From IMG/VR virus record IMGVR_UViG_3300032093_000120: DNA of 64,000 nt; one strand, written 5' to 3'. Within the stretch, counting starts at the first letter, position 1, and every line of letters begins with the position of its first letter. Made by a program: the position numbers and the translations under genes. The stretch is from an uncultured virus (IMG/VR IMGVR_UViG_3300032093_000120). Its lineage: Duplodnaviria > Heunggongvirae > Uroviricota > Caudoviricetes. The notes under the pieces were generated by a model. That model had not been told where the DNA came from. It saw only the letters and a list, made by a program, of their open reading frames with translations, and did not search any database. Below are positions 38,087 to 46,285 of the stretch, piece by piece.

Positions 38087-38305
38087 TTAATGCATTTCAT
38101 CGGATTCAGGGTGAAAAAACTTCTCGTAATTCCACGCATACCCGACATGGTCTAAGAACTCCTGACGGTCAAGACGGTTCACAGCATGCAGAACCGCCAA
38201 CTTAATCAGGACAGCACCGACTTGGTCACTACCCAACTCCGCATCGGCAATATGCGTTGCTAATTGTTCAAACAACCGCAACATCTTTTTTTCGTCATCA
38301 TCCAT
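38087..38305 (-). CDS. Hypothetical early protein
   Basis: Likely start MDDDEKK. Confidence 0.5.
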   Translation of the reverse strand: MDDDEKKMLRLFEQLATHIADAELGSDQVGAVLIKLAVLHAVNRLDRQEFLDHVGYAWNYEKFFHPESDEMH

Positions 38306-38400
38306 ACAACCGCCACACATACAAATCAAATACGATCGCCAACACGGCACACGCATAGACAAAATAGATAACCCAAAAACCAATATACGTTTTCATAAAT

Positions 38401-38676
38401 TTACTCATGGCTCATCCTTTGCATTAAAAACTTCATACTCTTACGTGCGTGATCGTCATAACCACGCTTGGCGATATCTTCAAGCACTAGCAACATATCA
38501 GGCGCAAAAGAAATTAACTTTGCGTTGGCACGTTGTGTACCTACTGGCATCGCTCGGCTACTGCAGTCAGCAACTATCATGCTCCCGCCTGTAGGGTCTT
38601 GCGTCCAAACCGTATTGCCCTTTGACCCGACAGTCGATGGGACAAACCAGTGTCCCCCTGCTATGTGTTTAAACAT
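38401..38676 (-). CDS. Hypothetical early protein
   Basis: 'ANAKLISFAPDML..L' motif common in small phage proteins. Confidence 0.55.
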   Translation of the reverse strand: MFKHIAGGHWFVPSTVGSKGNTVWTQDPTGGSMIVADCSSRAMPVGTQRANAKLISFAPDMLLVLEDIAKRGYDDHARKSMKFLMQRMSHE

Positions 38677-38860
38677 GGGTAGACTCCAGCACACGCATGC
38701 CGAAACAGGCGCAAAGATATTGATTGGCGCAGTCTTCATCATCGATGAATTTATATTCCTCTACCAAGTCCCAATCGTTTTCCTCAGCGTTGTACTGGTA
38801 CACCTCCCATGCACCGTTGAGGTCATAGGGGCGTGCCCTGTATTCTTTAATCTTGAACAT
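38669..38860 (-). CDS. Hypothetical early protein
   Basis: AAGGAG RBS. Confidence 0.5.
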   Translation of the reverse strand: MFKIKEYRARPYDLNGAWEVYQYNAEENDWDLVEEYKFIDDEDCANQYLCACFGMRVLESTHV

Positions 38861-38870
38861 GTGATTCTCC

Positions 38871-40502
38871 TTATGCCACTAATTTGATTTTGCTGAATGC
38901 CACTGACCCGATGCTGTGAACATCACGCACGGTCACGTTGTGCTTGTATACGTTGGATACGTTTTGCTGTATGCCCAAGCCTATGGTTGTGATGCCAAGG
39001 TTTTCGCCTGAGTTAACTTGTGCCTTGGTCTCATCGACATTGCCTTCACCATCAGTCAACACAAAGCAAACCTTACGCTGTGCTGAGTGACCGTGCAATA
39101 ACTCATGGGCATAGCGCACTGCAAAGTAATCGTTGGTGCATCCGCCCGAACCAGTGTGACGTAATGCATCGATGGTCTTCTTTGCGTTGTCGCTGAACTT
39201 CTTAGCCACGCCCACTTCATCACCAAATGTCAGCAGTGCTGTATCGACACCCGCTTTGCTGAGTGCATCCAACAGGGATGCGCATGCGTTGATGGCGCAC
39301 TGCATGGGTGAGTTAGGCAAGTCGCTGATGAACATTGACTGTGATACATCCAACACAATCACCACTGCAGAGTCGATACCTTCAACATCTAACCTACGTT
39401 TAAACACACGGTCATTACCCTGTGGCACGGAATGCAAAGCATTGACGTTCAACGCACCCGCCTTGCGCTTAGGTTGGTACTCGCTTGTGCCTGTATTCTC
39501 AAAGAGTTTACGCACCTCATAACGTAACTTAGCACCCACGTTCACGTCAGCCTTGAACTGTGGATTACGGCATGCATGCCCACGCTTGGTGATACCGTTG
39601 GCTTTAGAGTACGTGCCCTGTGCTTGTGTTCCCTCAGGGGCTTTAGACATTGGCTCTACTGGGCGTGCCTTGCAAATGTCACCGTCTTTTTTCACTGGTG
39701 AACATGCCTTGCCTGTGGGCTTAGGACGGTCAGTAGTACCCTCACCCTCACCCTGTGCCTGATCGTCGCTTGTAGACCCCTTCTCGTCGGTCTGAGCACC
39801 ATTGCCTTGCCCCTGTCCCTGACCTTTGCCCTGACCGTCAGGGTTGCCATCCGATGGCTTGTCGCTGTCACCCTTGGGTTGTGGGTTTTTGTTGTCGATG
39901 TTTTGCAGTTGATCAAATACCCACACTGCGATAGCCAATGTGTCGAATGAATTTTGGACAGTGGTAAGACGTGCGCATGCAACGTCAAATATTGGTTGCA
40001 ATCCCTCAGCCAAGGGTAACTTCACGGTTGCGTGCTTGCGTGCATAGACAGCCAACAGGAAGGGGTAGCGTGCGGGGTGATGCCACTTGTCATCCCAACC
40101 AACCAGTGCATCAGTGCTCATGCCATCGATCACGCTAGACAAGAGACCCTCAGCATTACCGACTAGACCCTGTGCAATACATGTGTTCTCAATCCATGCG
40201 TCCTCAATAGCGTTGTGCAATTGATCGATGTACTGGTTGTCACCACGTGCGTTGAAGTCGGTGTACTTACGGTGCAACAACTCATGCAAGATAAATGCAA
40301 CGTACTTGTCAAAGGTCTTGCGATCAATGATGGCGTCATCTGCCACGTTAGCCAACTCAATGTCACCACGTGCATTGATGCGTGCTGTAGTGACCTCAGT
40401 CCATGACACCGTCACTTGTGGCAGTGCCAACTCAGAACATAACTTGTGGCATGCACCGTCAATTGCGATGCGGAATTCATAACCGTTTAAACGTGCTTTC
40501 AT
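38871..40502 (-). CDS. CobT-like protein: N-terminal HExxH domain, low-complexity linker, C-terminal vWA domain
   Basis: 'LHELLH..YT...NAIEDAWIE', G/D/Q linker, MIDAS 'DVSQSM', 'LTDGEG'. Confidence 0.85.
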   Translation of the reverse strand: MKARLNGYEFRIAIDGACHKLCSELALPQVTVSWTEVTTARINARGDIELANVADDAIIDRKTFDKYVAFILHELLHRKYTDFNARGDNQYIDQLHNAIEDAWIENTCIAQGLVGNAEGLLSSVIDGMSTDALVGWDDKWHHPARYPFLLAVYARKHATVKLPLAEGLQPIFDVACARLTTVQNSFDTLAIAVWVFDQLQNIDNKNPQPKGDSDKPSDGNPDGQGKGQGQGQGNGAQTDEKGSTSDDQAQGEGEGTTDRPKPTGKACSPVKKDGDICKARPVEPMSKAPEGTQAQGTYSKANGITKRGHACRNPQFKADVNVGAKLRYEVRKLFENTGTSEYQPKRKAGALNVNALHSVPQGNDRVFKRRLDVEGIDSAVVIVLDVSQSMFISDLPNSPMQCAINACASLLDALSKAGVDTALLTFGDEVGVAKKFSDNAKKTIDALRHTGSGGCTNDYFAVRYAHELLHGHSAQRKVCFVLTDGEGNVDETKAQVNSGENLGITTIGLGIQQNVSNVYKHNVTVRDVHSIGSVAFSKIKLVA

Positions 40503-40512
40503 TGTGTGCTCC

Positions 40513-42006
40513 TTAGATGTTGTTGGAGATTAGGGTTTGATCGATAGTCGCTGTGAAGATGGCATCCAATGCGGTAGCCGACTCGCTAGGCTGACGGTTA
40601 GCCACTGCGGTGTCCCATGCATCACGCACTGACAAAACCTTTAGCGATTTGATAAAGGCGATCACACTGCGGATCGATGGTGCGTCCACTATGTCGGCAG
40701 TCTGTACCTTGGCACGTGCCACACGTATTGACTTGAGCACATGGGTTGCTAGTTCCTTGGTGCACCCAGTGTGGCGCATGACAGCGTCAACCTCAGCGGT
40801 AAGGGGTAGGTATTCCATGCGCACCACTTGCGCAAAGCGATCCATCAATGATGAATTCATATTGCGTGTGCCTGTATAGCGTCCTGACTCGTCACCGTTA
40901 CCGAACGTGTTGTCAGCACCGAACACCAGTACACCATTGGCGCGTGTGTGCACACTGCCACCGTAGGAGACTGCAGAATTTGGCTCTAGAAAACCGTTAA
41001 GGGTAGCCAACTCACCCGCATCAGCGTTAGTCACTTCATCCAACAGGAGCACAGTAGAGGGGTGCGTAAAGCCCATCAGGAAGTCACCTTTGACGAACAC
41101 GGTCTCACCGTTGACAAGACCAGTAGCACCCGCATAGTCTTCACACGTGGTGTACTTGTGGAAGTTGATGCGTTTAAACGCACGTCCTGTGCGGGCGCAG
41201 AACTGACGGACTGACTCGCTCTTGCCTGTGCCCTTCTCACCGCCAAGCCACACGTTGTCACCGTTGATGTCAGCCAACAGGAAGTGGCGCAAGACCTTCT
41301 CAGTCCACACAAAAAACGGATCGATGGCGGGGGCAGAGGGGTCATTCCACATGCGCACCATGACAGGGTTGCCCTTAGGATCACGCACGTCAACACCGAA
41401 CACGTCCGATGCTGACTTGGTCTCAGTGCTATACACCGATGCAAGGTCAGCGACTACAGCCTGTGCCCCGACAGCATCGACAGCCTGTTTAAACGGTGCG
41501 AATGCATCAGCCACAACGGTGTTCACCGCACGTGCAATGGCGTCATCGTCAAGGTTGACAGCCCCGATGCTGTGCTCTGCCTTGTCAAGGCGGGAAAGCA
41601 ATTTGCCCACGGTCTTGTTGATGGCGATCACCGCATCGTTGACCGAACCGATTTTGCCCAGTGCGTCCTGATGCACGTCATTGGCTTTTTGCATTGCGTC
41701 CAAGGCTGTGCTTTCCGCACGTGATGCGACAGCGGACGTGGCTTGCACCGTGGCGGACAGTGCGTTGTCCACAGTGGTAGTTGGGGCAGTGGGGCTGTAA
41801 GGGGTAGCACCCTTAATTAATTGAATGCCCTGATCAGGGTTAGCGTGGTAACTGGCGATCACCCAGTCAGTCAGCGTGTCGATCTCCTGTATAGGAGACA
41901 TGATGGTGTGTGCGTTGATTCCAAGTGCGCTCAATGCCCCCTTGCGGATGGGCATAGGGATGCGGGAGATTTCGGTGCGGATGGTGTTGCGTGTAGATGC
42001 ATTCAT
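40513..42006 (-). CDS. CobS/MoxR-like AAA+ ATPase
   Basis: Walker A 'GEKGTGKS', Walker B 'LLLDE', 'ADNTFGNG..GRY.G', 'SLMDRF'; likely start MNASTRN. Confidence 0.88.
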   Translation of the reverse strand: MNASTRNTIRTEISRIPMPIRKGALSALGINAHTIMSPIQEIDTLTDWVIASYHANPDQGIQLIKGATPYSPTAPTTTVDNALSATVQATSAVASRAESTALDAMQKANDVHQDALGKIGSVNDAVIAINKTVGKLLSRLDKAEHSIGAVNLDDDAIARAVNTVVADAFAPFKQAVDAVGAQAVVADLASVYSTETKSASDVFGVDVRDPKGNPVMVRMWNDPSAPAIDPFFVWTEKVLRHFLLADINGDNVWLGGEKGTGKSESVRQFCARTGRAFKRINFHKYTTCEDYAGATGLVNGETVFVKGDFLMGFTHPSTVLLLDEVTNADAGELATLNGFLEPNSAVSYGGSVHTRANGVLVFGADNTFGNGDESGRYTGTRNMNSSLMDRFAQVVRMEYLPLTAEVDAVMRHTGCTKELATHVLKSIRVARAKVQTADIVDAPSIRSVIAFIKSLKVLSVRDAWDTAVANRQPSESATALDAIFTATIDQTLISNNI

Positions 42007-42020
42007 TTGTATTACTCCAA

Positions 42021-42620
42021 TTAAACTAGGGTCAAGACGTCTTGATCGACAGGGCAAGAGGGCAAACCATAGGACGCCCACTTAGAAGACAGGCGCACGG
42101 TGTAGCCACAGGATGGGCACTCAGCCTTTAGCATGCGTGTGCCTTGTTTTTTCTTACCGTTAGAGAATGCCAACTCAGCGTGGGGGTATGCACCCAGTGA
42201 GTCGATGATTGCCCCGTAGGCTTGATCAAACCCGTTAGCCCCTTGCGTGTAGCCCCATGCATTCTTACGTGTGGGGTTGACAGGCTCTAGGAGCATGGCT
42301 GATGCGATCTTTTGGAAGTTGATGCCGTGATTGAATCCCCCCTTGGCGGTGTGGCACAACTCATGTACCAACACTTCAAATACTTTGCGAGGGTCAGCGA
42401 TGACAGGGGAGATAAGGATTTCGTAATGCTTGTCGGCACTGGCAGTGTCGATCCAACATTCACCAATAGCGTTGTTGCGCTTGGCATGTAGGGGAAAGCC
42501 ACAAGTAAGGCGGACTTTGTCGGGCAGTATTGACCCTGCAATTTCAAATGCGGGGCGCAGTTCGTTGTATGCAACGGTGAGCCACTCTTCACGTGTGGCG
42601 TGGACGGTAGGTAAGGTCAT
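42021..42620 (-). CDS. SprT-like zincin metalloprotease with C-terminal Zn ribbon
   Basis: 'TREEWL', 'IGECW', 'LVHELCH', 'TRMLKAECPSCGYTVR...GLPSCP'. Confidence 0.75.
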   Translation of the reverse strand: MTLPTVHATREEWLTVAYNELRPAFEIAGSILPDKVRLTCGFPLHAKRNNAIGECWIDTASADKHYEILISPVIADPRKVFEVLVHELCHTAKGGFNHGINFQKIASAMLLEPVNPTRKNAWGYTQGANGFDQAYGAIIDSLGAYPHAELAFSNGKKKQGTRMLKAECPSCGYTVRLSSKWASYGLPSCPVDQDVLTLV

Positions 42621-42690
42621 ATGATGATCTCCAAATCAGTAGCAAAATTACTACTGCAAAACCCACAGCGTGGGCTTCACGGTATTAACT

Positions 42691-42933
42691 TCAGACGTCA
42701 TACTCATGGTGAACGATAGCAACCACTTGGCTATCGGTCTTCTGCATGACCGTCACACGTTTGCAGAAGTAACCTCCCGCTTCCTGATAGGTCTCACGGT
42801 AAACCTGAGGTAACAGCCAATCACGTGCTTGCTCAAGGGTGAGGTCATCATCTCTACGGGTTAGTAAAAGATACTGATCATTGCCATCGATACCGTGTTC
42901 TATGTTGCCTATTTTGGTGACTGTAATTTCCAT
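42691..42933 (-). CDS. Hypothetical protein (first gene of the leftward early operon)
   Basis: AAGGAA RBS, downstream of the promoter at 42976-43005. Confidence 0.55.
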   Translation of the reverse strand: MEITVTKIGNIEHGIDGNDQYLLLTRRDDDLTLEQARDWLLPQVYRETYQEAGGYFCKRVTVMQKTDSQVVAIVHHEYDV

Positions 42934-42975
42934 GCTGTCGATTCCTTTTTTTGCCTGACGATGTTGTCAAGTTGG

Positions 42976-43005
42976 ATTGTAATACTGTCTGTCAAACCAT
43001 GACAA
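42976..43005 (-). promoter_or_regulatory. Leftward early promoter TTGTCA-N18-TACAAT
   Basis: ATTGTA 42976-81 and TGACAA 43000-05 on the + strand. Confidence 0.55.
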
Positions 43006-43255
43006 TAGTTACCTGAGTAAACCGTAGGGTTATTAGAATGAGCGATCAGTTAGTGAGCACTAGTGCACTTATATATAGGCATGCCAACTGTGGATGCATG
43101 TGGATATATACAGGCTGGATGTACGTACAGTGGTTGTAATGGGCTGACCGATTTAAAGGGGCTAGAAGGGGCTGAAAGGGGTTTAGGCGGGGTAGGTATA
43201 GGCAAGGAAAATTAGGGGGCTTCCTGACAATGTGTAGGGATTAAGTATTAATAAG

Positions 43256-43318
43256 TTATCCACACTATCCACAATCAGGCTGTTAATAACAGGAAGTTAT
43301 CCACACCCATGTTGATAA
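43256..43318. promoter_or_regulatory. DnaA-box cluster
   Basis: TTATCCACA at 43256 and 43297, CTATCCACA at 43265, reverse TTATCAACA at 43310. Confidence 0.6.
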
Positions 43319-43406
43319 CGTGCTACCATGTACATACGAACAGTGCTGTACGTTTAAACAGCATGTGTTTATTTACATGGGTTATTCCACAGGGAGGGTT
43401 TGTGCT

Positions 43407-44057
43407 ATGGACAAGATGACAAAAGATGACTACATGCGGGCACTGGAAGAAGCCAACGAGCCTGATCAAATTGATAACAATGAAAACCCTGTCTTAAGCG
43501 AAGCGGAACGGTTGGCGCATATGGCAGACGCACCTAAACGTAGAGTAGACGGTGAAGTGATAACAAGTGACAGGATGCGACCAATAACAGCACAGCAACA
43601 AGCATTCGCTGTAGGCATCATCCAAGGGAAGACACTGCGACAGGCATACCGTGACGCATACCCAAATGACACAAGCAGTGACCACGTCATCAGCACCAAT
43701 GCCAACAAACTGTTTAAACACCCTAAGGTACAGGAAGTGCTCAGGGATGCATGGGAGACCATCACCGAAAACCTAGTCGATGACGTGGCGGGGACGAAAC
43801 GATATGTACTCAAACAACTATTGGAACTGAGTAAACAAGCCAAGCAAGAGGGCAGTCAATTAAAAGCATTGGAGTTACTGGGCAAGGCATCAGGACTGTT
43901 TACACACACCGACAGCAAAGCAGAGGTGACGATCAGCAGTGATCAACTCAAGAAGGAACTAGCGGGGCACTTGCGCCTTGTGCGTCAACGTCCTAGTGCA
44001 GTGCAACCGTTAGGAACTATCACCGATGTAAACGCAAAGACGCCTACCGCTGTTTAA
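43407..44057 (+). CDS. Terminase small subunit
   Basis: 'ITAQQQAFA..IIQG.T.RQAYRDAY...ANKLFKHPKV', 'LKALELLGK..GLF'; upstream of terL; GGAGG RBS before ATG 43407. Confidence 0.75.
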   Translation: MDKMTKDDYMRALEEANEPDQIDNNENPVLSEAERLAHMADAPKRRVDGEVITSDRMRPITAQQQAFAVGIIQGKTLRQAYRDAYPNDTSSDHVISTNANKLFKHPKVQEVLRDAWETITENLVDDVAGTKRYVLKQLLELSKQAKQEGSQLKALELLGKASGLFTHTDSKAEVTISSDQLKKELAGHLRLVRQRPSAVQPLGTITDVNAKTPTAV

Positions 44058-44317
44058 ACGTGGCATGTCGCTGACCCACCGTGCCCCGACCCCCCGCGCC
44101 ACGCATTGGGTCCCCCCCTCACGTATACGCTCTAATCCACTCCCACAATTACATGCCCCCTACCCCTGTGAACGTTCTCATCCCTGCCACACCTGCTTCA
44201 CGTGAAACACACCCCCCGGTATGTCGTCAAAACGGAAATGGGTGGGGGTATATATATTTGTTTAAACATAGTTGCGAAGAAGCGCAGCGTATCGCAAAAC
44301 ACATGTGTAAACGGGGG

Positions 44318-44346
44318 TTGCGAACGTTCGCATAATCGTTTAAACT
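44318..44346 (+). promoter_or_regulatory. Promoter TTGCGA-N17-TAAACT with a 14-bp palindrome
   Basis: TGCGAACGTTCGCA (44319-32) overlaps the -35; GTTTAAAC (44338-45) overlaps the -10. Confidence 0.5.
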
Positions 44347-44350
44347 ACAT

Positions 44351-44518
44351 CAACACGCATGGGGATTGGCGATGGTCTAGGCCAGACCGACCACCGCAAG
44401 GAAGAGAGTCAGTCCCCAGCCGTGTTGGTAACCGTACTGAGGGTTAGCGCCTTAGTTCCTTGCTTTGTGCAAATACCAAGGAAGTCAAACACACTGCTTT
44501 ATGTGAGCGGTTACCAAC
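44351..44518 (+). ncRNA. Structured RNA: long hairpin plus cloverleaf-like domain
   Basis: Stems 44351-57/44421-27, 44361-70/44408-17 and 44424-34/44508-18, with three inner hairpins. Confidence 0.6.
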
Positions 44519-44531
44519 TTCAGGATAATCT

Positions 44532-44762
44532 ATGACAGAACGCACTCAATTAGTTTTTGACTTTATAAAGGCTTACATGAAGATTCATGGGATACCGCCT
44601 TCCTACGAGGTTATTGCCAAGGGTCTAGGGTTGAAGTCCAAATCTAACATCCACCGTATTGTTCATAAGTTAAAAGATGAGGGTCTTATTGAGACCAAGC
44701 CCTACAAGTTCCACGCTATTAGGCTTGTGGATAAGTCAGCTAGAGAGATGGCTGCGCTGTGA
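44532..44762 (+). CDS. LexA DNA-binding-domain-only protein
   Basis: 'TERTQLVFDFIKAY...GIPPSYEVIAKGLGLKSKSNIHR.V.KL.DEGLI...AIRLV'; no peptidase domain. Confidence 0.85.
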   Translation: MTERTQLVFDFIKAYMKIHGIPPSYEVIAKGLGLKSKSNIHRIVHKLKDEGLIETKPYKFHAIRLVDKSAREMAAL

Positions 44763-46276
44763 ATCACACGCTCCTTACACAGGAAGAGATTGAAGACTAT
44801 GTTGAGATAGTCGATACCGTGTCAGAGGCGGAGAGAAAGAAGATATTCCGTATCCTTGAGCATGACCGTGTCCACCGGTGCCGGGAATCTTTTATTTACT
44901 TTGTCACCCAGATGTGGCCTGTGTTTATCTCAGGTAAGCATCACCAGATCATGGCAAACGCATTTGAGAGGGTGGCTAGGGGTGAGTTAAAGAGGTTGAT
45001 TATCAACATGCCTCCCCGGCACACAAAGAGTGAGTTTGCTTCTTACCTGTTGCCGGCGTGGTTCTTGGGTAAGTTTCCACATAAGAAGATCATCCAGACA
45101 GCGCACACAGCCGAGTTGGCGGTGGGCTTTGGTCGTAAGGTTAGGAATCTGGTCGGGTCAGAGAACTACGGTAAGGTGTTTGACACCAAACTGTCCTCGG
45201 ATTCAAAGGCTGCCGGTCGCTGGAACACGGAAGTTGGTGGAGATTACTTCGCTATCGGTGTGGGCGGTGCTGTAACGGGTAAGGGTGCTGATCTTTTGAT
45301 CATCGATGACCCGCACTCAGAGCAGGAAGCCAAGCAAGGTAACCCTGCGGTCTATGACAACGTCTATGAGTGGTACACATCTGGCCCTCGTCAGCGTCTA
45401 CAACCGGGCGGGGCGATCATTATTGTGATGACGCGCTGGTCTAAACGGGATTTAACCGGTCAGATCGTCAAGAATTCAGGAAAAGAAGGCGTAGATACGT
45501 GGGAAGTGATCGATTTCCCCGCGATTCTCCCGTCAGGAACACCGTTATGGCCCGGATTTTGGAAGAAAGAGGCACTTGAAGCCCTCCGTGCTGAACTCCC
45601 TGTCTCTAAATGGGAAGCACAGTACCAACAAAACCCAACATCTGAAGAAGGTGCGATCATTAAACGGGATCAATGGCGCATTTGGGAGGCAGACACCCCA
45701 CCTACATGTGAATATCTGATCCAGTCATGGGATACCGCATTTGAAAAGGGTAACCGTGCCGACTATTCAGCCTGTACAACATGGGGTGTGTTTAAACATC
45801 CTAATGAGCACGGAGACTACAGGACAAACATCATCGTTTTGGATGCGTTTAAGAAGCGCATGGAGTTCCCTGAACTCAAACAAAAGGCATTTGAGATGTG
45901 GAAGGAGTGGAATCCGGATAGTCTCATAGTGGAGAAAAAGGCCGCCGGTGCGCCTTTGATCTATGAGATGCGTCAGATGGGAATCCCGCTCCAAGAGTAC
46001 ACACCAAGCAAAGGAAGCGATAAGATAGCGCGTGTAAACGCTATTTCTGACATGTTTTCGTCAGGAATTGTGTGGTGTCCAGACACAAGATGGGCGGATG
46101 AGTTGATGGAAGAACTCGCCGCTTTCCCTAATGGAGACCATGACGACCTTGTTGACTCAACCAGCCAAGCCCTTCTCAGGTTTAGACAAGGTGGTTTCAT
46201 CCGCATTGAATCAGATGAGGAAGATGACCCCGTTTACTTCCGCAGCAGAAGGCAAGAAAGATACTACACCGTTTAA
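44759..46276 (+). CDS. Terminase large subunit
   Basis: 'IINMPPRHTKSE', 'LLIIDDP', 'IVMTRW', 'QSWDTA', 'FPNGDHDDLVDS'. Confidence 0.95.
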   Translation: MNHTLLTQEEIEDYVEIVDTVSEAERKKIFRILEHDRVHRCRESFIYFVTQMWPVFISGKHHQIMANAFERVARGELKRLIINMPPRHTKSEFASYLLPAWFLGKFPHKKIIQTAHTAELAVGFGRKVRNLVGSENYGKVFDTKLSSDSKAAGRWNTEVGGDYFAIGVGGAVTGKGADLLIIDDPHSEQEAKQGNPAVYDNVYEWYTSGPRQRLQPGGAIIIVMTRWSKRDLTGQIVKNSGKEGVDTWEVIDFPAILPSGTPLWPGFWKKEALEALRAELPVSKWEAQYQQNPTSEEGAIIKRDQWRIWEADTPPTCEYLIQSWDTAFEKGNRADYSACTTWGVFKHPNEHGDYRTNIIVLDAFKKRMEFPELKQKAFEMWKEWNPDSLIVEKKAAGAPLIYEMRQMGIPLQEYTPSKGSDKIARVNAISDMFSSGIVWCPDTRWADELMEELAAFPNGDHDDLVDSTSQALLRFRQGGFIRIESDEEDDPVYFRSRRQERYYTV

Positions 46277-46285
46277 GGACAAGAT

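Noticed and set aside
38871..42006. Cobalamin biosynthesis auxiliary genes (cobS/cobT)
   Set aside because: No cobN or other cobalamin genes; generic MoxR-vWA pairs are common in phages.
44424..44518. Canonical tRNA gene
   Set aside because: 11-bp closing stem, no TTCRA T-loop and no standard anticodon arm; kept as an unknown structured RNA.
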